DNA from: a virus
Lineage: Duplodnaviria > Caudoviricetes
IMG/VR virus record: IMGVR_UViG_3300044825_002288
Coordinates: 1-59,777 of that record
Length of the DNA: 59,777 nt
Reading direction: 5' to 3' (one strand)
The notes beneath the pieces were generated by a model. That model was not told the origin of the DNA and did no database searches. It was given only the letters and a program-made list of their open reading frames with translations. The position numbers were made by a program, and so were the translations under genes. Shown here one piece after another: positions 9,528 through 19,438 of the stretch (positions are counted from its first letter, which is position 1; each line of letters begins with the position of its first letter).

Positions 9528-9796
9528 GCACGCCTAAGAATCCTGTTGGTGGCCAGCCGCTGGTTTATGACCCGCGGTTTCATTCTTTTGAGTCTTGGGC
9601 GGCATTGATGTGCGAGCAATATGCCGCTCAACAGTTAGAGATTCCTAATCAGCTAACCGATTGGAAGTTATGGGGTGATGGATTAAAGGCTATTGATATC
9701 TTTACGAATGAGGCCATACCGTCAACGGAAAACTATGAAAATTGGTATGACTGGGCTGCAGCACTGCTCGCCGCAATAAATCCGAGGGTAGCGTAA
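9524..9796 (+). CDS. Hypothetical Trp-rich protein
   Basis: ATGA overlap with the upstream gene; fills the gap in the operon. Confidence 0.7.
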   Translation: MSTPKNPVGGQPLVYDPRFHSFESWAALMCEQYAAQQLEIPNQLTDWKLWGDGLKAIDIFTNEAIPSTENYENWYDWAAALLAAINPRVA

Positions 9797-9798
9797 AA

Positions 9799-12700
9799 AT
9801 GGTATACAACGCATCTCTAGCTAATTTTTTGGCATCTCAAGATGTTCCATATCAAGGGCCAGCCCTAACAAATGAGCAGATTGTTTCAGGTCTGCAGTCT
9901 TTTCCTGGCGCCACCGATGCAGAAATTGCCGCTGCGGCACAATACTTTGGTGTGTCTCCAACTCAGTTGGCTCAAGCCACCCAATTAAATCCACAAGATG
10001 TTCAGTCAAGGTTTGATGCAGCTGTAGCTACAAATCAAGACATTCAAAATAGAATTAACGAGGCTTATCGAAATATTGGAATTACATCAGCTGACCGCCC
10101 AGGCTCTGACTATTGGACATCTCAGCTTCAGTCAGGCGCCATACGCCCGGAAGACTTTACCCGTCAATTTTTAACAGCCGCTAGTGGTGTAACTGATCCA
10201 ACCTATGCCTCAAATGTAGCCCTTGCACAACAACAGCTTGGTGCTTTAAATCGAGCATACACAGAAGAAACTGGCTTATTGCATCAGGGAAGTCTTGGAA
10301 ATGTAACTGACCGAGATAATAGAACCTACGATACCGCCACAATCTTAAATCTTGCTAATCAAATTGCGCCAAATGTGGGCAGTTTGAGTGGCGGTATTTT
10401 TGCTACCCGGGGCGAAAGCGTTGGATTTGGTTTTGATGAGGCCAGTCGAATTCTAGGAAGGGAAGCTAACCCCGTTGATCAGGTAATTCTTGATATGGCA
10501 AGAAACCTGAATCAAATGGGGGTAACCGATCTTCGGCAAGTACAGGTTCGACCCACAATTGGTGACGCAAATGTTCAGTATCGAATGGATGAGTTTGGTC
10601 AGCCAACCGGATATTACATAGGCGGCGGTGGTGCCGAAGAAGGCTCATATTTAACGAGAAGCCTTACTCCAGAAGAAATAGCTCGGATAGAAACTCGAAC
10701 AGTAAATGATCTAGAGGGTGGAACGGTTACAGAACGGTTTATTCGTGGAATTCCAACAAGTTACTCTTTATACGCCGCAGATAGGTTGCTGGCTCAAAGT
10801 CCAATTAGCCCAGAGGGGCTGGCCTATCAAATAGGAAAAACCTACAGTGGTCCCGGAATGACGGGCTATCGGATCGTTATGAATCCAACGACCGGTACTC
10901 CGCAATTTACAACTTATGGCTCAGATACCGGCCAAGGCGCTCTAATTTCAGCAGCGCTGACTATGGCGTCGTTTATTCCTGGTGTTCAGCCTTTCGCTCA
11001 AGCAGCCGGAGCGCTTTGGGCAGCAAGCCAAGGAAACACCATTGGGGCTTTGGCATCATTGGCCGGAATGGGTGGCTATAACAATGTGTCTACTGCTTTA
11101 AATGTTGCCAACGCCGTAGATCGAGGCGATCTGTTAAGCGCTGCTACATCTTTGATGAGTAATTCTACTATTTCTAATTCGGTGGGAAATGTAACTTTAG
11201 ATGGAAACATTACTCTTCGAGATGTAGGAAATGCCGCAAATCTTGTTAATTCAATATCAACAGGAAATGTATCCGGCATGTTGTCTTCAGCTGGTGCGCT
11301 CACTAATAGCGCTGATTTGAATACGGCAGCTGCAGCAGTAAGAGTTATTACTGCTATTGAAAGTGGAAATATTGCCGGAGCGGTAAACGCCGCAGCTGGA
11401 CTAAACAACACTCTAAATGCTGCAAATAATTTGAACAACAGAGAGGTTGTGACAAACATAGCTTCTTCGGTAGCCGAAGGGGTAAATTCCGGAACGGACG
11501 AGGCAACCACATGGGGCTCAATTTATAACAGTGCCATAACCGCAGGGGCTTCAGAGCAAGAAGCAATTGATGCGGCTAATTTCATCAGCTCAACCAACGA
11601 ATCATCACTAACGCCAGTCAATGTATCAAGTACATCAGATACGGCACCAGCCGGATTTGAAACTGAAATTGAAGGCGTAACTCAAACCGGGCCGGATGAC
11701 TTTGCGGGGTTTGATCAAGCAGCCCGAGATACTGCCGAGCGGACTACTCTTAATATTGCCAATGATCAGGCTGATAGTTTAGAAGAGGCGGCAGCACTAG
11801 CAGGTGCTAGAGGATTTACAAGTTTTAACTACGCCGGCAACAACTATCAGGTCTCAGCAAGCACCGCAGAATTAGCAAGTCAGATTGCCTCAGCAGAAAT
11901 TGCTGCTCAGACAAATTTCTCTGATGCTTACAGAACTGCGCGGGAGTACCTTGGTCCGGGCAAAGTATTTGAGTGGAATGGTAATCAGTACAGCACAGAC
12001 ACAAGGGAGGAAAACCCATCCCTAGCGGCGGCCTCCGATCAGATTCGGGCGGCCAACATGGGTGTGGCTAACGGCCGTGGAACCTATGCTGGATACGATG
12101 AGAGCGCTGTAGACCAAGCACTGACATCTTTGGGAACCTTTGATGAGTTCATGCGGGCAACAACCGAAGATGGCCAAAAGATTGTTGTTGACGACAAGAT
12201 TAGCAAGGATTTAATTACCCCCTTGGTTCGGGTGTTTGGTCTCACAACCCGAGCCACCGGTGAGCTTGCCGAGAGTTTGGCAGGAAGTTTAGTGGCAATA
12301 AACGCATTGGATAAAGACAGTCCAATTTTAAAAGCCGCAACACAACTAAAAAATTCATCTGCCCACGCTGTTGGAAACGATATTGCTCAAGCTGAAAAGA
12401 ATGTGTTTGAGCGAGTAAGCGCGGCCAATGGTGCGATAGAAAAAGGTAAAGAGTTGTTCCGAGCAATGTGGGACAACCCCATAACAATATTTACTTTGCC
12501 GTTTAATGAAGGTGTTCAAGAGATTGTTCCTTTGCTTACCGGTGTTGGGGCGGCCAAATGGCTTGGTACGGTAGCAGGATTGGCAACAAGCGCAGGGGTA
12601 AATGCCGCAGAGGCCGCTGGCGCTAATTACAACGAAACAGTTTCTATGGCCAAGCGGTCTGGAATGTCTGATGAAGATGCCCATGCCGCAGGACAAAAGT

Positions 12701-14667
12701 CAGCCTTGGCAGCAGGCACGGTAGCCGCAGTTCTTGGCCCGGCTGCAGAACTTCCGTTTATTAAACGGGCCGCAGGAGACTTAGCATCAGAGGCGGCTGG
12801 TAGCGTCGTTAAAAGAGCGGTTGGGGCTGGAACCCGAGAGGCGGTAACTGAGTATCCGGAAGAGGCGTTGGCATCTATTGCATCGGACTATTTTGCAACT
12901 GGGACGGTAGATTTAAATAAGGCCCTGACTCAAGGAACCATTGCATCGGTAACCGCAGGCAAAACTGTAGGTGCATATTCAGTCGTTACAGATGTTATGG
13001 CCGATCGACCTGCTACAGATCAAATTCTGTCCTCAGGTGCGGTAACAGATACCCAGCGTCCGGTTGTAGATCAGACAATAACTACTGCTTTACAGAACAA
13101 TCAAAACTTGGCAGATGCTGGAAATCAGATTAGTTCAAGTCTAATTGAAGCTGGTATTAGCGAAGAGCAGGCAAACAATATTGCAAATACGGTTGTTGCA
13201 GAACAACTTATAAACAACATCCGGTCTGAGGGAACTGAGTTCAATATTGAGAACTTAAATCAGGCGGTGGGCGTAGACGCAAATGGTAACGCCGTGACTG
13301 TTGGAGATTTAATTGGTTCGTCAATAACTAACCGAGGCACTGAAACATTTATTACGCCAGATGTGGTTATTGGAACTAATGCTCAGGGCGGGGTGATGAC
13401 GCTCGGTGACTTAAGTACGGTACAAACCACCACAACCCCTACAGATGTTCAAACCGAAACAAGCACTGCAGGCGATGTTACAACCTCAGTTGATCCAAAT
13501 ACTGGTGCAACCACCACTATTAACACTAATGCTGAAACTAATGTAACGACTGAGACAACAACTCAGGGCAATACGGAAACAACAACGGTCACCGATCCAA
13601 ATGCAAACACGGCTACTCGCACAGAAACTAATGCCGAAACAAACACTCAGGTAACAACGACTAACGATGTCAATACAAATACGGTTACACAGACTACGGT
13701 TGATCCCAATACGAGCACTCAGGTTACTGTTGATACCAATACTAATACTACAACTCAGGTCACGACGGATAACAACACCAATACGCAAACAACCGTTCAC
13801 ACCGATCCGGTAAACAACACTCAGATTACAACTGTTGTTGATGGAAATACTGGTGAAATTATTGACGAAACAATCACGGAAGTGCCGGACGATTGGTCAC
13901 CGCCATCAATTGATGCTCCGCCAGTTACATCGACGACAACAACTCAGACAACGCGGCCAAGGGTGCAACAGCCTCGGCGAATTCCTCAGATGTTGGCAGC
14001 ACCAACAATTTTGAAGGAAACAGAATACATTTCCGATGATGACTTGACCTTTAAAGATCCATTTATTTCAAGCAAGGTCGGCCAAGAGAGATTTAAAGGA
14101 TCGCTTGATCCGTTTTTAGCCCAAGTGGAATCAGACCGTTTGGCGCAGGAATTTAATCAGTTGACACAACAGAATATTCGTGGGGGCGAAGATATGACGA
14201 ATTACTTTACCTACGGTGTCCCAATCGACATCGATCAGGTATTTCAAACAGTGCCAAGTTCCCTTGAAAATAAGGCTCCCGCAAACGATGAGGGCCCCAC
14301 CTTAATGGCTGCCGCCCGAGGCGGTTTGGCTACCCCCCTCATGGCGGCTGGGGGCTATGCCGGCGGCGGACTGCCCGTGGTGGCGCATTCGGGCAAGGCA
14401 AGGGTAGACTTCCGAGAGGGAGCGGCGGTTTCAGGGCCTGGGGACGGTCAGTCTGACGACATCCCCGCTATGCTTGCGGACGGAGAATTTGTGTTCCCGG
14501 CCGATGTGGTCGCCGCCCTAGGAAACGGGTCAACCAAGGCCGGATCGGAAAAACTTTACGACATGATGCACTCAATTAGAGCTCACCATCGATCAGCAAA
14601 ACCGAAGGATCTGCCACCCCCGGCAAAAAAGAATCCTTTGGATTATCTAAAGAAGGCTAGGAGATAA
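9799..14667 (+). CDS. Large multi-module internal virion/ejection-type protein
   Basis: 1622 aa; helical Ala/Gly segments, Thr-rich repeats, xxGG tags, C-terminal GPGDGQSDDIPAMLADGEFV domain. Confidence 0.65.
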   Translation: MVYNASLANFLASQDVPYQGPALTNEQIVSGLQSFPGATDAEIAAAAQYFGVSPTQLAQATQLNPQDVQSRFDAAVATNQDIQNRINEAYRNIGITSADRPGSDYWTSQLQSGAIRPEDFTRQFLTAASGVTDPTYASNVALAQQQLGALNRAYTEETGLLHQGSLGNVTDRDNRTYDTATILNLANQIAPNVGSLSGGIFATRGESVGFGFDEASRILGREANPVDQVILDMARNLNQMGVTDLRQVQVRPTIGDANVQYRMDEFGQPTGYYIGGGGAEEGSYLTRSLTPEEIARIETRTVNDLEGGTVTERFIRGIPTSYSLYAADRLLAQSPISPEGLAYQIGKTYSGPGMTGYRIVMNPTTGTPQFTTYGSDTGQGALISAALTMASFIPGVQPFAQAAGALWAASQGNTIGALASLAGMGGYNNVSTALNVANAVDRGDLLSAATSLMSNSTISNSVGNVTLDGNITLRDVGNAANLVNSISTGNVSGMLSSAGALTNSADLNTAAAAVRVITAIESGNIAGAVNAAAGLNNTLNAANNLNNREVVTNIASSVAEGVNSGTDEATTWGSIYNSAITAGASEQEAIDAANFISSTNESSLTPVNVSSTSDTAPAGFETEIEGVTQTGPDDFAGFDQAARDTAERTTLNIANDQADSLEEAAALAGARGFTSFNYAGNNYQVSASTAELASQIASAEIAAQTNFSDAYRTAREYLGPGKVFEWNGNQYSTDTREENPSLAAASDQIRAANMGVANGRGTYAGYDESAVDQALTSLGTFDEFMRATTEDGQKIVVDDKISKDLITPLVRVFGLTTRATGELAESLAGSLVAINALDKDSPILKAATQLKNSSAHAVGNDIAQAEKNVFERVSAANGAIEKGKELFRAMWDNPITIFTLPFNEGVQEIVPLLTGVGAAKWLGTVAGLATSAGVNAAEAAGANYNETVSMAKRSGMSDEDAHAAGQKSALAAGTVAAVLGPAAELPFIKRAAGDLASEAAGSVVKRAVGAGTREAVTEYPEEALASIASDYFATGTVDLNKALTQGTIASVTAGKTVGAYSVVTDVMADRPATDQILSSGAVTDTQRPVVDQTITTALQNNQNLADAGNQISSSLIEAGISEEQANNIANTVVAEQLINNIRSEGTEFNIENLNQAVGVDANGNAVTVGDLIGSSITNRGTETFITPDVVIGTNAQGGVMTLGDLSTVQTTTTPTDVQTETSTAGDVTTSVDPNTGATTTINTNAETNVTTETTTQGNTETTTVTDPNANTATRTETNAETNTQVTTTNDVNTNTVTQTTVDPNTSTQVTVDTNTNTTTQVTTDNNTNTQTTVHTDPVNNTQITTVVDGNTGEIIDETITEVPDDWSPPSIDAPPVTSTTTTQTTRPRVQQPRRIPQMLAAPTILKETEYISDDDLTFKDPFISSKVGQERFKGSLDPFLAQVESDRLAQEFNQLTQQNIRGGEDMTNYFTYGVPIDIDQVFQTVPSSLENKAPANDEGPTLMAAARGGLATPLMAAGGYAGGGLPVVAHSGKARVDFREGAAVSGPGDGQSDDIPAMLADGEFVFPADVVAALGNGSTKAGSEKLYDMMHSIRAHHRSAKPKDLPPPAKKNPLDYLKKARR
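13420..13960 (+). repeat. Thr/Asn-rich ~11-aa degenerate coding repeat (T.TTVDPNTNT-like)
   Basis: Visible in translation: TTSVDPNTGA, TTVTDPNANT, QTTVDPNTST, VTTDNNTNT, VHTDPVNNT, VVDGNTG. Confidence 0.8.
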
Positions 14668-14669
14668 GC

Positions 14670-15734
14670 ATGGCAATCACCCAAGGCTCCCCGTTACCTA
14701 ATATTACGCAGACGGAGACCCGCACCGATGTTGCGCCTGCGTATTACACCGACTACCTAACGGGGCTCTCAGAGGCCGCTAAAACGGCTATGGGGCGAAC
14801 TCCTGCAGAAGGGATAGCCGCCTACGACCCCCTACAGACGCAGGGCTACGGGATGATTCTTGGGGCGGCCACGGCCTATCAGCCGGGACTGACCGCCGCT
14901 GGGCAGACGGCCGCCACCGCTGCGGGAGGATTAAGGGGTTCCCGGATTGCTGAATTGATGGACCCCTATCAGAAGCAGGTCGTGGACGAGATGGCCCGCC
15001 TGCAGCAACAGAACCTACAGCAGTCGATTCTCCCCAGTCTGCGGGGCGCTTTCGTTGGCCGCGGAGACCTAGGAAGTCAAAGGTATGCCTCAGCCACGGG
15101 GCAGGCTTTAGCCAATATGCAGAGGAACCTGACCGGTCAGCAATATGGCGCCTTATCCGCTGGTTATCAGAACGCTCTAAAGGCCGCGATGGAGGAGCTA
15201 GACCTTCAGAATCGTGCCGCTCAGACCCAGGCCGCGATTGCCGGCAGGGAACAAGAATATGGCTTAACGGGTGCTGGAGCGCTAACCAAGGGCGGGGCGG
15301 AGCGTCAGGCTTATGAGCAGGCCAAGCTCGACTATCCCTTAAAACAAGCCACCTCTGCGGCCGCTTTGATGAGGGGATTTCAGATTCCAACGACCCAAAC
15401 ATCAACTTTTGTGGGACCGAAACCGGGCGCTTACTCTAAGTCGCCGCTTGAAAGCATAACCGGTGTGATGTCTGCGTTGGGATCAATCCGCGGCGGAAGC
15501 ACGGGCGATACCGCCTTAAGAGGAGCTTACAGCTTTTTGAGGAATTTATTACGAAATCAGGGTGGTTCAACGCCAACAGAGGGTGAACTTCAAGCTGATG
15601 AGGCAATTGATGAGCAGTATTGGAGAAGTCTTTTTGGCGGTGGTTCAAATACCAATTTTGACGATTTCTTTGAGGGCAGCACCTTAGAGTATAAGGCCGG
15701 TGGTCTTGCATCAATTAAGCCCAAGAAGGACTGA
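14670..15734 (+). CDS. Putative DNA transfer/pilot (ejection) protein
   Basis: Gln/Ala-rich helical protein with MDPYQKQVVD and GAF.G..LGS.R motifs; ends with a YKAGGL tag. Confidence 0.6.
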   Translation: MAITQGSPLPNITQTETRTDVAPAYYTDYLTGLSEAAKTAMGRTPAEGIAAYDPLQTQGYGMILGAATAYQPGLTAAGQTAATAAGGLRGSRIAELMDPYQKQVVDEMARLQQQNLQQSILPSLRGAFVGRGDLGSQRYASATGQALANMQRNLTGQQYGALSAGYQNALKAAMEELDLQNRAAQTQAAIAGREQEYGLTGAGALTKGGAERQAYEQAKLDYPLKQATSAAALMRGFQIPTTQTSTFVGPKPGAYSKSPLESITGVMSALGSIRGGSTGDTALRGAYSFLRNLLRNQGGSTPTEGELQADEAIDEQYWRSLFGGGSNTNFDDFFEGSTLEYKAGGLASIKPKKD

Positions 15735-15736
15735 TC

Positions 15737-17356
15737 ATGGCCGAAAAGATTGCGGGAGGATTTTTACCGGGTAGTGACCCGGAGGCCATGCAGGCAAACC
15801 TAGCCTATCAGCAGGCATTGGCTCGGATGCAGACTGCCCTCGAAGCCCGTCAAAACAGGATGTTTGATCCCACCCTGCTTGCAATAGCAGAAGGGATGTT
15901 AGGGCCGACACAAACCGGAAGTTTTGGAGAGGCTATTGGACGAACGGCAAAAAGCGTCCGTGAGTCTCAAGCTCAACAGGAAAAAGAAGAGCGGGATATC
16001 GCTCAAGCACAGCTTGGTTTGGCCGCATCTGGTATTGAGATGGAGCGCCTGAAAGGCCGTGAGCGTATAGCCAGAGAAATGTTTGGTCCGGCAGTTGGAG
16101 GTGCTTTGCCGACAAGCACGGGTGGCGGAGCATTGCCGACCACAACGGGTCCATTATCAAGTCCTCGCGCCCCCGCTGGCTTTGATACATCAATGGGCGT
16201 GAGAACCATGCCTCCAAATGCCGATATTGAAAATCGTCGGAATCAATTTATCAGGGCTGCAATGGCCAAGGGCGCAGATCCAGCAGACATTCTTAAGGAT
16301 TTGGCAAAATTTGATCAGGATCGGTTTATAAAGTCTGAGTCTGGAATTCAAGATCTTGGGTCTGGTTTGTTTTATCACACCAGCACCAAACTTGAGCCCA
16401 AGCAAGTTTACATAAGCGAAAACGAGGTTAGAACAATAAATGTAACCCCAGGCCAAGCAGCAAAACTTGATGAATTGGCAATGTCGGATGATAAACAAGC
16501 AGAGTACTACGATTATTTAAACAAAATAATGAGAGCTCCTGCGTCGGCTCGACCAAAGATTGATAAAACTACCCCAGAGGGTGGAGAGCGGCCACCAACA
16601 AGCCCAGCCGAAGCTGCTAACCGAGCCAGGATGCAAACCGTTGAGGAGCAGGCTCAGGATCTGAACTACCGTAAAGAGCGTGGCACCCTATCAGCAAAAG
16701 AACAGTCCGATGAGGCCAAGAATTGGTATCAGCGCGGTAGTGACGCTAGCAGCTTAAGAGATAACTATCGGATTCTAAAAGGAATTTTTGATCCAAGGAA
16801 CAAGTATTCACAAGTCTTAACTGGTGTATTTGAAAAAGGCGATACCAAATCTCAAATTGGACGCTTAATTGAGGAAGGCATTGTTGGAGAGGCGTTAAAG
16901 AATTCAATTAGAGATATTGCGACAAAAGCAGGACTTCCTGAGCAGGCTATAACTCAGTTGCAGGTTGCCGTTGGACTTATGTCTGACATTAAATTAAAAG
17001 CTAGCCGTATTATGGAAGGTCAAGGTACGGTGACTGAGGCCGAGCGTCGATTGATTGCAGAGTCTGTTATCAATGTTACGGATACACCAAGAACGATCTT
17101 GGCTAAGGCTGAATATCTTGATGCTCGGGCAAAATTTGAAGACGATAGAGCTAGGATGTTGAGAGACTTCAGGGATGATCGTCGTGACTACAACGACTTT
17201 GTCCGAAGCGCGGAATACAAGAAGCTGAAAAAAGATTACGAAGATAGTTTAGAAAAAATTGTTGAGCGTCGGCTTGGAGTAAAACTTCCACCACGAGATA
17301 CAGGTGGACGAGATAACGCTGGCGCCGCATCGCGTTTGCCTGAAAGCGTGAGGTAA
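15737..17356 (+). CDS. Putative ejection protein
   Basis: Helical 539 aa with GQGTVTEAER motif; lies between the pilot and transglycosylase genes. Confidence 0.55.
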   Translation: MAEKIAGGFLPGSDPEAMQANLAYQQALARMQTALEARQNRMFDPTLLAIAEGMLGPTQTGSFGEAIGRTAKSVRESQAQQEKEERDIAQAQLGLAASGIEMERLKGRERIAREMFGPAVGGALPTSTGGGALPTTTGPLSSPRAPAGFDTSMGVRTMPPNADIENRRNQFIRAAMAKGADPADILKDLAKFDQDRFIKSESGIQDLGSGLFYHTSTKLEPKQVYISENEVRTINVTPGQAAKLDELAMSDDKQAEYYDYLNKIMRAPASARPKIDKTTPEGGERPPTSPAEAANRARMQTVEEQAQDLNYRKERGTLSAKEQSDEAKNWYQRGSDASSLRDNYRILKGIFDPRNKYSQVLTGVFEKGDTKSQIGRLIEEGIVGEALKNSIRDIATKAGLPEQAITQLQVAVGLMSDIKLKASRIMEGQGTVTEAERRLIAESVINVTDTPRTILAKAEYLDARAKFEDDRARMLRDFRDDRRDYNDFVRSAEYKKLKKDYEDSLEKIVERRLGVKLPPRDTGGRDNAGAASRLPESVR

Positions 17357-17358
17357 TA

Positions 17359-18753
17359 ATGAACCTATCGTTTTATGAATCTCTGTCGGCAGATCAAAAG
17401 AATCTAGCTAATCAAATTGCAGAGCGGGCAAAGGCTCTCGGCATCCCGCCTGAGTTTGCAGTAGCCATTGCTTATCAGGAGAGCAGATTAAATCCCAAGG
17501 TAGGTCCGGGCTCGGTCGGTGAAATTGGTCTCATGCAGGTGCGCCCAGAAACGGGCAAAGAGTTGGGGTTCTCGGCTCAAGACTTAAGAGATCCAAATAA
17601 AAATATTGATGCTGGTCTTGCTTACCTAAAAAAGTCTTTAGAGCTGAGTGGTGGGGATACCCGTTTGGCGGCGGCAGGTTATAACGCTGGCGTTAATCAC
17701 CCCTTCTTTTCTAACGACAAGGCCAAGCTGCCGGATACAACGGTTAAGTATCTTGAAAGCCTAAAAGGCTTCGGTGCCTTTACCGGTCCCCAAGTGGGTG
17801 TGGAAGAAGGCGGTGAGGAAGAGATTCCCAAGGAAACGCGAAGGACGACTGAAGACATTGAACAGGGTCGTGCTGAGACAGCCGGTGCCATGTTGGGCGG
17901 CGGGGCGGGCACAGCCTTAACCGCGGCTCGGGTAGCCGCACCGGTTGTCGCTCCTGTTGCTCGGGGAGCGGCTGCCCTTGCAAGCAAGGTCATGAGTCCC
18001 GCTGCTCGACAGGCCGCAGAGTTAGTTGCTGGCCAAAGACCTATTGGACCAACTGCGCCGACTGCCATGCCTACCCCATCAGCTGGGATGCCTGCGGCCG
18101 GAGCGCCAACCCCTCCCCGGGCAACCGGGCCGGGATCAGCGGTAGTCAATTACGCCAAAGCCTTTGGATTACCTGATATTGAAGCTGGTAGGGCTACGAG
18201 CATGAGCGCGGAACCCGGCGGGGCTTGGGACCTGTTAAATCGGCGGCAGCAGGCTTTAAGCAACATCTCTCAGCGTTTTCCAAGCGAGCGGTACATTGAA
18301 AACCCCCGTTTTGGCGGCCTGATGACCCCTGATCAAGGTCCTGGCCCTAGGGCATCCTTCGTAAGCCAGCCAGGAGGCTTGCAACCGCTACCGCCACGGG
18401 CTCCAGTTCCAACCGCACCGGTCGGGGCACTTGAGCAGGTGAAGGGTATTTTCATGAATATGCTCGGCCCGAATACTGTTGGCAGGGCGGCGATCCGATA
18501 TGCAGCTCCGCCCTTGGCTGGGATGCAAATTGGCAAAGAGGTCGGAACCCTGCTGACTGAGGGTGGCCGGGAGGAACCGGATTACACCAAGATGGCTCTG
18601 TCTGGTCTGAGTGCTTTGGGTGCCGGGATGTCCTTATTCCCCGTTACGGCCCCGATCGGTATCCCTTTGGCAATCGGAGCGCCCCTGACTCAGGCTTATC
18701 GGGAAAAAATGCAGGGCGCACTACCCACTACAACTGAGGTAGTCGCCCCCTAA
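17359..18753 (+). CDS. Virion-associated lytic transglycosylase (SLT domain) with Pro/Ala-rich tail
   Basis: AYQES, GLMQV, NIDAG..YL and AAGYNAG SLT motifs. Confidence 0.85.
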   Translation: MNLSFYESLSADQKNLANQIAERAKALGIPPEFAVAIAYQESRLNPKVGPGSVGEIGLMQVRPETGKELGFSAQDLRDPNKNIDAGLAYLKKSLELSGGDTRLAAAGYNAGVNHPFFSNDKAKLPDTTVKYLESLKGFGAFTGPQVGVEEGGEEEIPKETRRTTEDIEQGRAETAGAMLGGGAGTALTAARVAAPVVAPVARGAAALASKVMSPAARQAAELVAGQRPIGPTAPTAMPTPSAGMPAAGAPTPPRATGPGSAVVNYAKAFGLPDIEAGRATSMSAEPGGAWDLLNRRQQALSNISQRFPSERYIENPRFGGLMTPDQGPGPRASFVSQPGGLQPLPPRAPVPTAPVGALEQVKGIFMNMLGPNTVGRAAIRYAAPPLAGMQIGKEVGTLLTEGGREEPDYTKMALSGLSALGAGMSLFPVTAPIGIPLAIGAPLTQAYREKMQGALPTTTEVVAP

Positions 18754-18799
18754 GTATCTCCTCAGAAGGTAAGCGGATTCCTTCCCGCCCCTTCTTTTC

Positions 18800-18823
18800 A
18801 CCCAGGTACGCCTGGGTTTTTTT
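18800..18823 (+). terminator. Rho-independent terminator ending the late operon
   Basis: ACCCAGG-TACG-CCTGGGT followed by a T run, at the point of gene convergence. Confidence 0.85.
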
Positions 18824-19079
18824 ATTTAATACCGTGAAACTGCTCTACCGCCCGGACAAAGGTGGTTACCCGGTCCAATAGGGCATCTCCGTTTTCGGTG
18901 AGCTTTATGCTCATCATGAAATCAAGAATCTGATCTTCGGACATGGGCTTGCGTTGGGCCAAGGCAAAGGCAGACATCTTTTGCCCAAACTCCAAGATGT
19001 CCACATCGTTTGCATAAAACCCGTTCGGGTCTCGGTTGTCGCATTGCAAAAATACCTGCTTGATGTCCTCCGGATTCAT
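18822..19079 (-). CDS. Hypothetical protein (MNPEDIKQ...)
   Basis: GGAGGA RBS before the ATG at 19079; overlaps the stop of the upstream minus-strand gene. Confidence 0.65.
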   Translation of the reverse strand: MNPEDIKQVFLQCDNRDPNGFYANDVDILEFGQKMSAFALAQRKPMSEDQILDFMMSIKLTENGDALLDRVTTFVRAVEQFHGIK

Positions 19080-19438
19080 TTGCCCTCCTCCGATAGCTTT
19101 TGCCGGCCGGACTCGGTAATCCTCCAAACTGCCCCATAGCGGCCGCTTTTAAGCCTTTGGCGGTCTCCTGAGTCTTCCACATACCCATGCCTATAAAGCG
19201 TCACCCGCATGGGTCTGTAGGAGTTGCCTTCAATCCCAAGTTGGTTTTGACCAAACTCATCGGTCATCCCTTGGGGAAGCTGACGGAATTCTTTCAGCAA
19301 GTCCAAAGTTCGGGCATTGAACTTAGGCGCTGCTGATGCCGCCGAGGCTCGGCTTGTGTCCGAGTGCCTCTGGTGCGGGGGGTATGCCGCATTGAAGTCT
19401 ATAGCGATCTGCATACGCTCCTCCTTACTTGTGGTCAT
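19076..19438 (-). CDS. Winged-helix-like DNA-binding protein
   Basis: SDTSRASA...TDE...NSYRP.RV.L...G.VEDSG..R...SGR...VW pattern, common in phages. Confidence 0.6.
   Translation of the reverse strand: MTTSKEERMQIAIDFNAAYPPHQRHSDTSRASAASAAPKFNARTLDLLKEFRQLPQGMTDEFGQNQLGIEGNSYRPMRVTLYRHGYVEDSGDRQRLKSGRYGAVWRITESGRQKLSEEGK

Noticed and set aside
9799-14667. Classical tape measure protein of a long-tailed phage
   Set aside because: No tail tube, sheath or tail assembly chaperone frameshift pair was recognised; the context is nozzle followed by ejection-type genes.
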